Program-made: the position numbers and the translations under genes | Notes under the pieces: model-generated | What the model was told of the DNA's origin: nothing | Databases searched by the model: none | What the model saw: only the letters and a program-made list of their open reading frames with translations | From: an uncultured Candidatus Saccharibacteria bacterium | GTDB lineage: Bacteria > Patescibacteriota > Minisyncoccia > Phycocordibacterales > EsbW-18 | Direction: 5' to 3' | DNA: 64,000 bases | Assembly (NCBI GenBank): GCA_964447415.1 | Contig: CAYUSN010000002.1 | Location: 34,512-98,511, forward strand | Shown here: positions 1-10,775 of the stretch, in pieces | Layout: each line of letters starts with the position of its first letter | How positions within the stretch are numbered: position 1 is the stretch's first letter

Positions 1-826
1 CACGGCCGAGATCCTGCGCCAGACGGCGTACAATACGCTTATATTTGGCGATGGTTTCCACCATGTGCACCGGAATACGGATGGTGCGGCTCTGATCGGC
101 AATTGCACGGGTGACCGCCTGACGGATCCACCACGTTGCATACGTTGAGAATTTATACCCCTTTGTCCAGTCAAATTTTTCTACCGCTTTAAACAAACCG
201 ATGTTGCCTTCCTGAATCAGGTCCAAAAGCGTGAGGTTTGAACTTCGGTTTGCGTATTTCTTTGCGATAGACACCACGAGACGGAGGTTTGCGCGTGCAA
301 GAATATTTTTTGCCTCTTCGTCACCTTGTTCAATACGACGCGCGAGCTCTTTTTCCATCGCCGCGGAAATAAGGTCGTACTTTCCAATTTCGCGCAAGTA
401 CATCTGGATAGAATCAAACCGCGTGTCTTCCTTGTGATAGACACTCTTCTCCGCATCGTCCCCGAGTTCAAGCAACCCGCCCGATTCAATCACGTCCACA
501 CCTTCTGATTCAAGCCGGTCGTACACCTCTTCAAGCAGAAGCACATTGTCCTCAATGGTCGGCAGCTCTTTGAGGATTTCGTCATAGGTCACAAAACCGC
601 GCTCTTTTCCGCGCACATACAGTTTTTCGGCTTTTTCACGCATCGCGGAGTCCTTTCTCGACAGTTTTTTCTTCGGCGGAAGGACCACCTTGGCGGGTTT
701 CTTCGCCTTCGGTTTTACCGGTTTCTTTTTCGCCGTCTTTTTTGCGGACGGGGTTTTTTTATGCATCCGAACTGCGCGTTTTGCGGTCTTTTTCATTACT
801 TTTTTCTTCTTGGACGATTTTTTCAT
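1..826 (-). CDS. rpoD: RNA polymerase primary sigma factor (sigma-70), 3' part runs off the window
   Basis: Manual translation of the minus strand from ATG at 826 gives a Lys-rich N-terminus, then region 2 motifs [27 protein letters not shown] and [17 protein letters not shown]; directly downstream of dnaG. Confidence 0.95.
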   Translation of the reverse strand, partial: MKKSSKKKKVMKKTAKRAVRMHKKTPSAKKTAKKKPVKPKAKKPAKVVLPPKKKLSRKDSAMREKAEKLYVRGKERGFVTYDEILKELPTIEDNVLLLEEVYDRLESEGVDVIESGGLLELGDDAEKSVYHKEDTRFDSIQMYLREIGKYDLISAAMEKELARRIEQGDEEAKNILARANLRLVVSIAKKYANRSSNLTLLDLIQEGNIGLFKAVEKFDWTKGYKFSTYATWWIRQAVTRAIADQSRTIRIPVHMVETIAKYKRIVRRLAQDLGR

Positions 827-857
827 ATGAATAAATATTTTTTAAAAATTTCAATGC

Positions 858-2582
858 TTATATGTGTGTATACTGAGCGCGCAGAAGCGACAGTTCCCGT
901 GAGATATCCTGACATTGTGAGAGCGCCTCGTTAATACGCGTTTCGTCCCCTGCCTGTTCAGCTTGCAAAAGCGCGGCGCGCGCATCCGCATACCGCTCCT
1001 TCAAAACTTCCTCGTGCAGAGAAAACAGCATTTCTGAAAGATGCACGGACGGTTCACCGAACTCCCCGATTGCTTTTTCAAGTTCAAACACCTCACGCTC
1101 GCTCTCGCGGGTATCTGTAAACGGATCCAGTCCGAGAATTGCAATCAGTTTTTTGCGGGCTGCAGCGGCCTCCATTTCGTCTTTTTGCGCACGGATAAAC
1201 GTCACGATGTGTTGTACTAATCTGGTTTTTCTGTCAGTAATATCCTTCTTTTCGTCCGTGACATCAGGGGACGCCCCGTGTACCGTAACATCAAAAGCGA
1301 CATGTGCCGCCTCCTCTTCAACGGTTGCGTCGTCAATGCCGAGACGCTGCGCAATCACACCTACAAAATGTTTCCGGTCGATTCTGTTGCCAATAAGAGA
1401 GAGGAACGGCAACACGTCATTACGGACATGTTTTTTAAATGCCCGTGCGTCCCCGCCGTTTTTTCGTGCATGTACGTCAAGTAAAAACTCAATCACATGG
1501 GTCGCGCCGCGGATCGCCGATTTCCACACCTCAAGGTCTTCCTGAATAACATCCGCAGGATCTTTACCTTCGGGGAATGCGGCGACCTTCACGTCCATAC
1601 CCGCTTCAAGCGCAACACGTGCGCTTTTAAGCGCTGAGGCGATTCCAGCGGCGTCGGAGTCAAGCGCGATAACAATATTGCTCGAAAGCCGATTCAGGCG
1701 TGTGATATGATCGACAGTCAACGCGGTGCCCTGCACCGCAACCGTATTCGTAAATCCCGCCTGGTGCGCCGCAAGCAGATCAAACGGTCCCTCGACTAAA
1801 ATTGAAAAATCATATTTTCGTATGTGCGATTTTGCACGGTCCAACCCGTAAAGCACGGAGCCTTTCTTAAACAGCGGTGTTTCGGGAGAATTAATGTATT
1901 TCGGCGTATCATCGCGCACATCGCCGAACGCGCGTCCGGCAAACGCAAGGACGCGTCCCGAGGTGTCAAAAATCGGCAGTATGATGCGGGAGCGGAACAC
2001 GTCGTAGTATCCGCTGCCCGCCTTCGGCTCCGCTGACTTTTTGATGAGCCCCGCCCGCTCAATCTCCTGCACCGTATACTTTTGCCCGAGCAGATAGTCA
2101 TGTACTGCGCGCCAGCTTCCCTTCTCGGGTCCCTCGATAAAGCCGATACGAAACGCGTGTATTGTTTTATCGGATACACCCCGTCCTGCAAGATATTGTT
2201 GCACCTCGTTTTTGTTTTTTAGCTGTGTTTCATAAAAAGAAGCGGCTTTTTCCAGAAGTGCGTACAGGCGGACATTTTTTTCAGCGTCTCCGTAAGAAAC
2301 ATTTTTTAACTCAACTCCGGCGCGCTCGGCAAGCACTTTCAATGCGCCTGAGAAATCCAACCCCTCAAACTGTTCGACAAACGTAAAAATATCGCCGGAT
2401 GCGCCGCACCCGAAACAGTAATATGAGTCACGTTCCGGAGACACAAAAAACGAAGGGGTTTTTTCGTGGTGGAACGGACACCTTGCCTTGAAGTTCTTCC
2501 CCGCCTTTTCAAGCTTGATATACGAGGATAGCACGTCGGCAACGCCGAGCTTTTCTTTTATGAGCTGTGTGGTTTGTGACAT
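858..2582 (-). CDS. dnaG: DNA primase
   Basis: CHC2 zinc finger (CPFHHEKTPSF...CFGC), KYINSPET, TOPRIM motif (VEG..D, DSDAAG). Confidence 0.97.
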   Translation of the reverse strand: MSQTTQLIKEKLGVADVLSSYIKLEKAGKNFKARCPFHHEKTPSFFVSPERDSYYCFGCGASGDIFTFVEQFEGLDFSGALKVLAERAGVELKNVSYGDAEKNVRLYALLEKAASFYETQLKNKNEVQQYLAGRGVSDKTIHAFRIGFIEGPEKGSWRAVHDYLLGQKYTVQEIERAGLIKKSAEPKAGSGYYDVFRSRIILPIFDTSGRVLAFAGRAFGDVRDDTPKYINSPETPLFKKGSVLYGLDRAKSHIRKYDFSILVEGPFDLLAAHQAGFTNTVAVQGTALTVDHITRLNRLSSNIVIALDSDAAGIASALKSARVALEAGMDVKVAAFPEGKDPADVIQEDLEVWKSAIRGATHVIEFLLDVHARKNGGDARAFKKHVRNDVLPFLSLIGNRIDRKHFVGVIAQRLGIDDATVEEEAAHVAFDVTVHGASPDVTDEKKDITDRKTRLVQHIVTFIRAQKDEMEAAAARKKLIAILGLDPFTDTRESEREVFELEKAIGEFGEPSVHLSEMLFSLHEEVLKERYADARAALLQAEQAGDETRINEALSQCQDISRELSLLRAQYTHI

Positions 2583-2609
2583 GCGATGCGCCGAAGGGAC
2601 GTCGCGTGT

Positions 2610-5600
2610 TTATTCGTAGTCCGGCTCGTCTCCTTCACTCTCAAGCTGCTGCTGCAGCTCTTTAATCATTTCCCACTTGGGGCTGCCAGGAAAGCCGGTT
2701 CCCGAAGGAATCAAACGGCCTATGATGACATTTTCCTTAAGTCCCCGCAGGTCGTCTTGCTTACCGCGGACGGCTGCGTCAATAAGGACTTTGGTGGTGT
2801 GTTGGAAAGACGCCGCGGAGAGGAATGACGCACGTGAGAGTGCGACATTGGCGATACCGAGAATAAGCGGAATTACCTTTGTTTCTTTTTTGTCCGCACC
2901 TTTTGCTTTCTCGTTTGCCTCTTTAACCTCAAACATTTCCATAATGGCGCCGCGGTGCAGCTCGGTGTCCCCCGGATCCTTTACCTGTACGCGCGAGAAC
3001 ATCTGTTTGATGATAACTTCAATGTGCTTGCGGGATACTGATGCCCCCTGCAGTTCATAAATCTTACTGATTTCATCAATGATGTATTCCTGTGTTTTTT
3101 CGCGGCCGGCGTGTTTGAACAACTCCGAGAGATCCGCAGATCCGTCGGTCAGAAGCTGTCCTTTTTCAACATGATCACCGACTTTTACCAGCGGCGTGCG
3201 GCGATATGCGGCGGCAAATTCTGCCGCCTTACCATTGCTCTTCCGGTCTTCAACATCGGGAATAATTTTAATGATTTTTTCCTGGTTTTGTTCGATAATC
3301 TCAGACACCGTTCCCGCAACATCCGTAATGATTGCGGGGTTCTTGGGAGGTCGGCGTTCAAAAATCTCCTGCACGCGCGGCAGACCGGCAACGATGTCTC
3401 CGGATGCCGAAGCAGTACCTCCGGCGTAGAAGGTGCGCATAGTCAACTGTGTCGCAGGTTCTCCGATTGATTGAGCGGCGACGGTACCGACAGACTCACC
3501 TAAATCAACAGGGTTACCGGTGGCTAGGTCTTGTCCGTAACACTTCTGACAGATACCGCGTGATGTCTCGCACGTCATAGAACTGCGTACCCACGCCTCC
3601 GTCACACCTTTCGCCTCCATATCGCGCGCCATCGCATCCGTTACAAACTCACCTTTCTTATGAAGCACCGCATCACTCTTGTCTTTCACATCTTTTGCGA
3701 GAAACCGTCCGATGACGTTCTTTGCAAGCGGAACATCGATACCTGCGAGATTTTGTGCGTACACGCGGATACCTTCTTTGGTACCACAATCGTCCTCTGT
3801 GATGACGACATCTTGCGCCACATCAAAGAGTTTACGTGTCAGATATCCTGACTGTGCGGTGTTCAGTGCAGTGTCTCCGAGACCCTTACGGGCACCGTTG
3901 GTTGTAATAAAATATTCAATTGGCGAGAGACCTTCCTTACTGGAAGACAGAATCGGAAAGTCGATGACACGTCCTTGTGAGCCGGCAATAAGCCCTTTGA
4001 TGCCCGACATGTTCGTAATCTGCCCTATGTTGCCGCGGGCACCAGATTTCCACATCGTGTACACGTGACCGTTTTGATCCAGGCTTTCGGCAACCGCCTT
4101 CTCCATCTTACCGCGCACCCCGTGCCATACTTCAATATCTTTACGGAACCGTTCTTCTTCGGAGAGCAAACCCTCTTCATACTGGTTGCGGTTCTGTTCA
4201 GTGATTTTCTGCCCTTCTTCAATGATTTCTTGTTTACCTCTCGGTGTCGGCACGTCCTGAAGCGCAAACGTCGTTCCGGATACCGTGGCGCTCGTAAATC
4301 CGAAGTGTTTGATCTTGTCGAGAATCTCGACGATTTTTTCTTTCGGATACTTTTCAATCAGTGTGTGCACGAGCTCCGCCATTTCTTTTTTGGTAATCTC
4401 TTTGTTGATGTACGTATAGTCATTCGGGAGTGCGGTGTTAAAGAGAAGACGCCCAACAGACGTTTCAAACGGCTTTCCGTCGAAAATCTTGTACCGCTCA
4501 CTGTCGGTCGGGCGCACGAAAATTTTTGCACGGGGTGACAAAACGCGGAAGTCGTATGCGAGAATAGCGTCGTTTGGAGACGCATACGCGTTTCCTTCCC
4601 CTTTTTCTCCGGGTATGATACGCGTCATCCAGTAGGAACCCAACACGATATCCTGGTGACCGAGAGAGACTATCGGCGTGCCTGATCCGGGCTTCAAGAT
4701 GTTCTTGCCGGAGGACATAATCTCCTTGGCTTCAAGTTGTGCCTCTTCTGAGAGCGGCACGTGCACGGCCATTTGGTCTCCGTCGAAGTCGGCATTGTAT
4801 GCCTGCACGACGAGCGGGTGAATCTGAATTGCCTGACCTTCAATGAGAATCGGACGGAATGCCTGAATACCGAGACGGTGCAGGGTCGGTGCACGGTTCA
4901 GGAGCACGTATTTGCCGGCAATCACTTCTTCAAGAATACCCCATACCTCCGGTCCCATGTCATCAACAAGACGTCCTGCACCGCGGATGTTATACGCATA
5001 GCCGCGCGCAATCAGTTTTGAAATAACAAACGGACGGAACAGTTCAAGCGCCATATGCTTCGGCAATCCGCATTCATCGAGTTTCAAGGTCGGTCCGACA
5101 ACGATAACAGAGCGTCCCGAGTAGTCTACACGCTTTCCGAGCAAGTTCTGGCGGAAAATACCCTGCTTTCCTTTGAGGTTGTCAGAGAGCGATTTGAGCG
5201 GCCGACGTTGCGCTTGGCTGACCGCAGCGCCTCCGGAAGGATGGCGCATCGAGTTGTCGATGAGCGCGTCAACCGCCTCCTGCAGAATACGCTTTTCATT
5301 ACGTAAAATGACGTTTGGCGCCTTAATTTCGATGAGTTTTTTGAGTCGGTTGTTGCGGTTTATGACGCGACGGTACAGGTCGTTGAGGTCGGATGTTGCG
5401 TGCCGTCCGCCGTCGAGTGCCACCATCGGACGAAGCGCCGCCGGAATAACCGGAATGTTCGTCAACATCATCCATTCAGGACGAATCTTTGATTTCTGCA
5501 TTGCCCGGGCGAGTGCGAGTCGTTTTCGGAGTTTTTTCTTTTCTTCCGCACCAACATCGTCGATACGAGACTCAATATCTTTTGCGATTTCACCTAAATC

Positions 5601-6287
5601 AATTTCGGAAAGAAGATCGTGGATGGTTTCCGCACCGATACCCGCGTCGAAAATCGCCCCGTATTTGAGCATAAACTTCGCGTAGGCAGCTTCATCGAGT
5701 ACGAGATATTTCTGAATTGATGTAATCTCCCGCTTTGTTGCAAGAAATACTTCTTTCAACTTTTCTCGCGATTTGTCGTCTTTGAGCGCCTTCGTTTTTG
5801 ATTTGTACTCAGTTTCGAGTTCTTTGAGCAGTTTGGTCCGCTCCTCCTCAAACACCTTCGTGACGATGTAGCCCGCAAAATAAATAACTTTTTCGAGATC
5901 TTGCCCCGTGATGTTGAGAATCAGTCCGATGCGCGACGGCACGTTGCGGACAAACCAGATGTGCGCCACGGGTGTTGCAAGCGTAAGGTGTCCCATGCGC
6001 TCGCGACGGACAATTGAGCGGGTGATTTCAACCCCGCACTTTTCGCAGACGATTCCTTTGTAACGGATGCCTTTGTATTTACCGCAGTAACATTCAAAAT
6101 CACGCTCAGGTCCGAAAATCCGCTCGTCAAACAGTCCGTTCTTCTCGCTGCGCTGTGTACGGTAGTTGATGGTTTCCGGTTTCGTGACCTCGCCGTGCGA
6201 CCATTCCAAAATCTTCTCCGGGCTGGCAATTTTTATACCGACCGTCGAGAACGTCTCCATGATGTCTTGGTGTGTGTGTCTACGCAT
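2610..6287 (-). CDS. rpoC: RNA polymerase beta' subunit
   Basis: NADFDGD catalytic motif, KPETINYRT, LLGKRVDYSGRS. Confidence 0.99.
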   Translation of the reverse strand: MRRHTHQDIMETFSTVGIKIASPEKILEWSHGEVTKPETINYRTQRSEKNGLFDERIFGPERDFECYCGKYKGIRYKGIVCEKCGVEITRSIVRRERMGHLTLATPVAHIWFVRNVPSRIGLILNITGQDLEKVIYFAGYIVTKVFEEERTKLLKELETEYKSKTKALKDDKSREKLKEVFLATKREITSIQKYLVLDEAAYAKFMLKYGAIFDAGIGAETIHDLLSEIDLGEIAKDIESRIDDVGAEEKKKLRKRLALARAMQKSKIRPEWMMLTNIPVIPAALRPMVALDGGRHATSDLNDLYRRVINRNNRLKKLIEIKAPNVILRNEKRILQEAVDALIDNSMRHPSGGAAVSQAQRRPLKSLSDNLKGKQGIFRQNLLGKRVDYSGRSVIVVGPTLKLDECGLPKHMALELFRPFVISKLIARGYAYNIRGAGRLVDDMGPEVWGILEEVIAGKYVLLNRAPTLHRLGIQAFRPILIEGQAIQIHPLVVQAYNADFDGDQMAVHVPLSEEAQLEAKEIMSSGKNILKPGSGTPIVSLGHQDIVLGSYWMTRIIPGEKGEGNAYASPNDAILAYDFRVLSPRAKIFVRPTDSERYKIFDGKPFETSVGRLLFNTALPNDYTYINKEITKKEMAELVHTLIEKYPKEKIVEILDKIKHFGFTSATVSGTTFALQDVPTPRGKQEIIEEGQKITEQNRNQYEEGLLSEEERFRKDIEVWHGVRGKMEKAVAESLDQNGHVYTMWKSGARGNIGQITNMSGIKGLIAGSQGRVIDFPILSSSKEGLSPIEYFITTNGARKGLGDTALNTAQSGYLTRKLFDVAQDVVITEDDCGTKEGIRVYAQNLAGIDVPLAKNVIGRFLAKDVKDKSDAVLHKKGEFVTDAMARDMEAKGVTEAWVRSSMTCETSRGICQKCYGQDLATGNPVDLGESVGTVAAQSIGEPATQLTMRTFYAGGTASASGDIVAGLPRVQEIFERRPPKNPAIITDVAGTVSEIIEQNQEKIIKIIPDVEDRKSNGKAAEFAAAYRRTPLVKVGDHVEKGQLLTDGSADLSELFKHAGREKTQEYIIDEISKIYELQGASVSRKHIEVIIKQMFSRVQVKDPGDTELHRGAIMEMFEVKEANEKAKGADKKETKVIPLILGIANVALSRASFLSAASFQHTTKVLIDAAVRGKQDDLRGLKENVIIGRLIPSGTGFPGSPKWEMIKELQQQLESEGDEPDYE

Positions 6288-6298
6288 AGAATGTGTGA

Positions 6299-9200
6299 TT
6301 ATCGGGAACCGTCCTCATCGTGTAATGAAACGTCAAGCGCCAAGCCCCGCAGATAATGCAGGAGCACGGAGAATGATGCCGGGGTATTCGGCTTTGAAAT
6401 ACGCGCGCCGCGGACAATCGAGTCGAATGCGGCAGAACGCCCCATAATGTCGTCTGATTTGATGGTGAGCATTTCGCGAAGCGTGTACGCCACGCCGTAT
6501 CCCAGAAGCGCCCAGACTTCCATTTCTCCGAAACGCTGACCTCCTCCCTGTGCGCGACCGCCGAGCGGCTGCTGGGTGATAAGCGAGTACGGACCGATTG
6601 AGCGCATGTGGAGCTTGTCTTCCACCATGTGTTCGAGCTTGAGGATGTACATGTATCCGACGGAGATGTCGTTTTCAAATGACTCACCCGTACGGCCGTC
6701 GTAAAGCTTCATCTTTCCTGTGTCAGAGAATCCCGCTTTCTTGAGTTCCTCCTTGATTTCTTCATGCGTCGCACCCGAGAATGCGGGGACCACCGCTTGA
6801 TAGTTGAGTGTGTGTGCGGCAAGCCCCAGGTGCAGTTCAAGAATTTGTCCGAGGTTCATGCGTGACGGCACACCCAGCGGTGTGAGCACCACATCAACCG
6901 GCGTTCCGTCTTCCATGCGCGGCATGTCTTCAAGCGCCACAACGCGCGAAATCACACCCTTGTTTCCATATCGTCCCGCGACTTTGTCACCGACGGAAAT
7001 ATTGCGAAGCTGCGCCACTTCTATATAGATTTTTTTGATGATACCCGACTCCATCTGGTCGCCTCGTTCGCGTGAAAACACACGAACACTAATGATGCGC
7101 CCGCGCTTGCCTCCTTCCATGCGCAAACTTGTGTCTTTCACGTCTCGCGCCTTGTCCCCGAAAATGGAGCGCAGGAGACGCTCTTCAGGGGTGAGCTGTG
7201 ACTCGCCTTTCGGTGTAATTTTACCGACAAGAATATCACCCGGCTGCACCTCAGAACCAATGCGGATGACACCCTCCTCGTCGAGATTACGAAGTTTGTT
7301 TTCTCCGACGTTCGGAATGTCGTTGGTGGTCACTTCAGGACCAAGCTTCGTGTCGCGTACGTTGACCGAAAACTCTTCGATGTGCACCGAGGTGAGTACC
7401 GAGTCGCGTACGAGCCGTTCCGATATGATGACCGCATCCTCAAAGTTGTTTCCCGACCACGGCATAAACGCCACGAGCAGGTTTTGTCCGAGCGCAATTT
7501 GTCCCTGATCTGATGTTGAGGTGTCGGCGAGCAGTTCTCCGCGCTTTACATGTTGTCCCAGTGAAACCGCGGGGCGCTGGTGAAAAGCGGTGAAGCCGTT
7601 CGTGCGGGAAAAATTAACGAGCGAGTACTCATCATTCTTTCCCTTGCTGTTTTTAACGAGAATTTTCCGTGCATCAACATATGTAACCTCACCTGCTTCT
7701 TTTGCGTACACAAGCCGTCCTGAGTCGCGAGCGGCGCGCTCTTCAATACCGGTTGCCACGAGCGGCGCAGAAGGCCGGACCGTCGGTACCGCCTGCTTCT
7801 GCATGTTGGAACCCATGAGCGCACGGTTTGCTTCGTTGTGGTTGAGAAACGGAATAAGCGATGTGGCAATGGAATATGCTTGATTGGTTGCCACGTCGAT
7901 ATAATCGACCTCTTTCGGTGTGATTGTTTCCGGTCGTCCGTTGATGCGCACTTCCACGCGTTCCGTTGTCAGTTTCCCGTTTTCATCACGGTCAGTTGCC
8001 GCGTGTGCAATTTTGTAATTGCGTTCATCTTGTGCGTTGAGGTATACAATTTCTCCTGTCACGATACCGTTTTCAACCTTGACGTACGGTGTTTCGATAA
8101 TACCGAAATCGTTTACGCGCGCGTGCGTCGCAAGGTGCAGAATAAGTCCGATGTTCGGACCCTCAGGTGTATGAATCGGGCAGAGGCGCCCATAGTGCGA
8201 GTTGTGCACGTCACGAACCTCAAATCCCGCGCGTTCACGTGTGAGTCCTCCGGGACCCAGTGCCGAGAGAATACGCAGGTGCTCGATTTCCGAGAGAATG
8301 TTTTCCTGCGCCATAAACTGCGAAAGTTGGTTCGTGCTGTAAAACTCACGAATTTGCGCCTGCAACGGACGCGGGTTTACAATCTGCATCGGCAATGTCG
8401 TTTCCGCTTCAATAATAGACATACGGTCTTGGATATTGCGTTTCATACGCGCAAATCCAACGCGCATTTTTTGCTGAAGCATTTCTCCGACAAAACGAAC
8501 GCGACGCGATGCGAGATCGTCCACGTCATCGGCTTGTGAGTCCGGCGTATCATTGAGTTGCGCAATGTGTGTGATAATCGTCACCAGATCATCAAGTGAA
8601 AGCACTCGTACGGACAGTGATTTTTTATCAAGTGATTTTCCGAAACGCTGATTGAACCGGAATCGTCCGACCTCAGAAAGATCGTACCGTTCGATATCAA
8701 AAATTGACACGACGAAGTCCCGGGCATTTTCCGCGGTTGCGTGTTCACCGTCGCGAAGTTTCCGGTGAATTTCTATGTATGAGTCGTCCTGAGTCTGCGC
8801 GGTGTCGTGCGCAAGTGTTTTTTCGATATAGGCGAGCGCACCTGTGTTTCCGGCGAACAACGCCTTAATTTCATCGTGTGTTTTTGCTCCAAAAATACGA
8901 AGTAAGTGGGTGATGGGAAACTTCCTTTTTCGATCGATGCGTACCTGCAGAGTTTTGTTCGGCTCAGTTTCAATTTCAATCCATGCGCCGCGCGACGGAA
9001 TAATTTTTGCACCGAAGTATTCTTTGCCGCGGAATTCCTGAGACGTGAACAGTACGCCGAACGAGCGGATGAGCTGCGCAACAATAACACGTTCCACGCC
9101 GTTGATGATAAACGTACCGTGCTCTGTCTGAACGGGAAAATCGGAGAGAAAAATTTCCTGTTCTTTTTCTGTTCCGAGCGTTTTGTTGATGAGTTTTGCG

Positions 9201-9460
9201 GTAATTTTCAGCTGCACTTCATGGCTGAGCTTGTTTTCTTTGGCAAAATGCTCACCATGCACCACCTCAGTGAACACCGGATCGCTTAGGTGAAGTTCAA
9301 ACTTCTTGCCGGAATAGTCGGAGATAGGGGAAAACTCTTTCAGGAGCTCTTTAACTCCTTTTTCCATCAGCCAGCGGAACGATGCCGTCTGCGCCTCGGT
9401 GAGATTGGGTGGCTCGGCAAGCGGCTTGTGGTACTTCGAGAATACTTTCTGTTTCAACAT
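6299..9460 (-). CDS. rpoB: RNA polymerase beta subunit (start placed at ATG 9460)
   Basis: GTFIINGVERV, TPEGPNIGL, GDKVAGRYGNKG, GGQRFGEMEVWAL. Confidence 0.98.
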   Translation of the reverse strand: MLKQKVFSKYHKPLAEPPNLTEAQTASFRWLMEKGVKELLKEFSPISDYSGKKFELHLSDPVFTEVVHGEHFAKENKLSHEVQLKITAKLINKTLGTEKEQEIFLSDFPVQTEHGTFIINGVERVIVAQLIRSFGVLFTSQEFRGKEYFGAKIIPSRGAWIEIETEPNKTLQVRIDRKRKFPITHLLRIFGAKTHDEIKALFAGNTGALAYIEKTLAHDTAQTQDDSYIEIHRKLRDGEHATAENARDFVVSIFDIERYDLSEVGRFRFNQRFGKSLDKKSLSVRVLSLDDLVTIITHIAQLNDTPDSQADDVDDLASRRVRFVGEMLQQKMRVGFARMKRNIQDRMSIIEAETTLPMQIVNPRPLQAQIREFYSTNQLSQFMAQENILSEIEHLRILSALGPGGLTRERAGFEVRDVHNSHYGRLCPIHTPEGPNIGLILHLATHARVNDFGIIETPYVKVENGIVTGEIVYLNAQDERNYKIAHAATDRDENGKLTTERVEVRINGRPETITPKEVDYIDVATNQAYSIATSLIPFLNHNEANRALMGSNMQKQAVPTVRPSAPLVATGIEERAARDSGRLVYAKEAGEVTYVDARKILVKNSKGKNDEYSLVNFSRTNGFTAFHQRPAVSLGQHVKRGELLADTSTSDQGQIALGQNLLVAFMPWSGNNFEDAVIISERLVRDSVLTSVHIEEFSVNVRDTKLGPEVTTNDIPNVGENKLRNLDEEGVIRIGSEVQPGDILVGKITPKGESQLTPEERLLRSIFGDKARDVKDTSLRMEGGKRGRIISVRVFSRERGDQMESGIIKKIYIEVAQLRNISVGDKVAGRYGNKGVISRVVALEDMPRMEDGTPVDVVLTPLGVPSRMNLGQILELHLGLAAHTLNYQAVVPAFSGATHEEIKEELKKAGFSDTGKMKLYDGRTGESFENDISVGYMYILKLEHMVEDKLHMRSIGPYSLITQQPLGGRAQGGGQRFGEMEVWALLGYGVAYTLREMLTIKSDDIMGRSAAFDSIVRGARISKPNTPASFSVLLHYLRGLALDVSLHDEDGSR

Positions 9461-9658
9461 AGGTGCGGAGACTAAGTGAGACGAGACAGAATAATGAGTG
9501 CACTGACGAGAGCGCACGAAACTGCGACCTTTTGTAAAGGCGGTTCCGTCACACAAAAGAAACAACTACCAGCTAGATGTTTCTAGCAAATTATTACGTT
9601 TTACCTCTATAAAAACCGAGAGTGCCGAAAAACTCACTCTACCCCCGTATTGAGAAGC

Positions 9659-9687
9659 AGTCTACATTAAAAAAACCTTGCGGTCAA
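9659..9687 (-). promoter_or_regulatory. sigma-70 promoter of the rpoB operon
   Basis: TTGACC-17 nt-TAGACT on the minus strand; overlaps the hairpin AAAAAAACCTTG-ACCG-CAAGGTTTTTTT downstream of trmD. Confidence 0.65.
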
Positions 9688-9712
9688 GGTTTTTTTGTTG
9701 TCTGTGGATAAC

Positions 9713-10375
9713 TTATCTGTTGTGCGTATCTTTTCTCCATTTGTCAATTTTTGCATGGTTTCCGGAACGCAAAACCGCAGGAACGGTGTGCCGCTTCCCT
9801 TTCCACACGAGTGTCTCCGGACGCGTATAGACGTCCTGCGACGCAATGCGGCATTCTTCCAGTGATTCGCGTGATCCCAGCACGCCGTTAATCTGACGGG
9901 CAACCGCATCAATAATGACAAGTGCGGGTATTTCCCCTCCGGTGAGCACATACGGACCGACGGACACTTCTTCCGCGTGCAAAATCTTTTGTACACGCGC
10001 ATCAATACCCTCATACCGTCCGGCAATCAGGATGATGTGTCCATATTTTTTTGCAAGCGTTTGTGCATACCGGTTGGTGAACTGTTTTCCGTGAGGAGAA
10101 AAAATAATAACCTTTGTCTTTTTTGTTTTGTGTTTCCGCATCGCAGCAGCAACACTTTTTAAAATGGGTTCGGCCTTCATCACCATACCCGGTCCGCCGC
10201 CGTACGGAATGTCGTCGGTTTTATGGTGCTTGTCCGACGCATGAGCGCGCGGGTTAAGAAATGACACGCGGAGTTTTTTTGACTGCTGCGCACGCTTCAA
10301 AATAGAGGCCTCACAATAAGGCTGCATGGTTTCCGGGAACGTCGAGATGACCGAAATAACGGTGGGTTGTGCCAT
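9713..10375 (-). CDS. trmD: tRNA (guanine37-N1)-methyltransferase
   Basis: DDIPYGGGPGMVMK, GRYEGIDARV, YVLTGGE, SGNHAKI. Confidence 0.97.
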   Translation of the reverse strand: MAQPTVISVISTFPETMQPYCEASILKRAQQSKKLRVSFLNPRAHASDKHHKTDDIPYGGGPGMVMKAEPILKSVAAAMRKHKTKKTKVIIFSPHGKQFTNRYAQTLAKKYGHIILIAGRYEGIDARVQKILHAEEVSVGPYVLTGGEIPALVIIDAVARQINGVLGSRESLEECRIASQDVYTRPETLVWKGKRHTVPAVLRSGNHAKIDKWRKDTHNR

Positions 10376-10409
10376 AGCACCCAGATAGTACACAAGAAAC
10401 GGCGTACAA

Positions 10410-10451
10410 CAAAACACACCAGGGCTCGTTGCGGAGCCCTGATGTGTTTTG
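10410..10451. terminator. intrinsic terminator hairpin after khpA
   Basis: CAAAACACACCAGGGCTC...GAGCCCTGATGTGTTTTG inverted repeat. Confidence 0.65.
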
Positions 10452-10457
10452 TATGTT

Positions 10458-10775
10458 TTATTCTTCTTTCAACGCTGCCATCGCGTCATCAACATTTGCC
10501 GCGGCAGTCATGCGGGTTGAACCGTCCGGTTCAAGAATTTTCAAATTCACACGGGCATTGTTCTTCATGCCGACAACACGCAACAGTGTGCGAATCGCCT
10601 TCGCGGTATTGCCGGATCGCCCGACAACCGTTCCCATGTCTTTTTGATTTACCTTCAGCGTGATGAGCACACCCATTTCATCGACGGTGCGCGTTACTTT
10701 CACATCTTCAGGAACCTCAACAAGCGCCTTAACAACACTTTCAAGAAAAACTGCGTCTTGATACTCGCTGTTCAT
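10458..10775 (-). CDS. khpA: KH-domain RNA-binding protein (KhpA/YlqC family)
   Basis: DMGTVVGRSGNTAKAIRTLL GxxG KH motif; rpsP-KH-trmD synteny. Confidence 0.9.
   Translation of the reverse strand: MNSEYQDAVFLESVVKALVEVPEDVKVTRTVDEMGVLITLKVNQKDMGTVVGRSGNTAKAIRTLLRVVGMKNNARVNLKILEPDGSTRMTAAANVDDAMAALKEE

Noticed and set aside
9498-9552. Hammerhead-like CTGACGAG...CGAAAC on the plus strand
   Set aside because: Stem II would be 1 bp and stem I cannot form; the bases are better explained as hairpins of the minus-strand rpoB leader.
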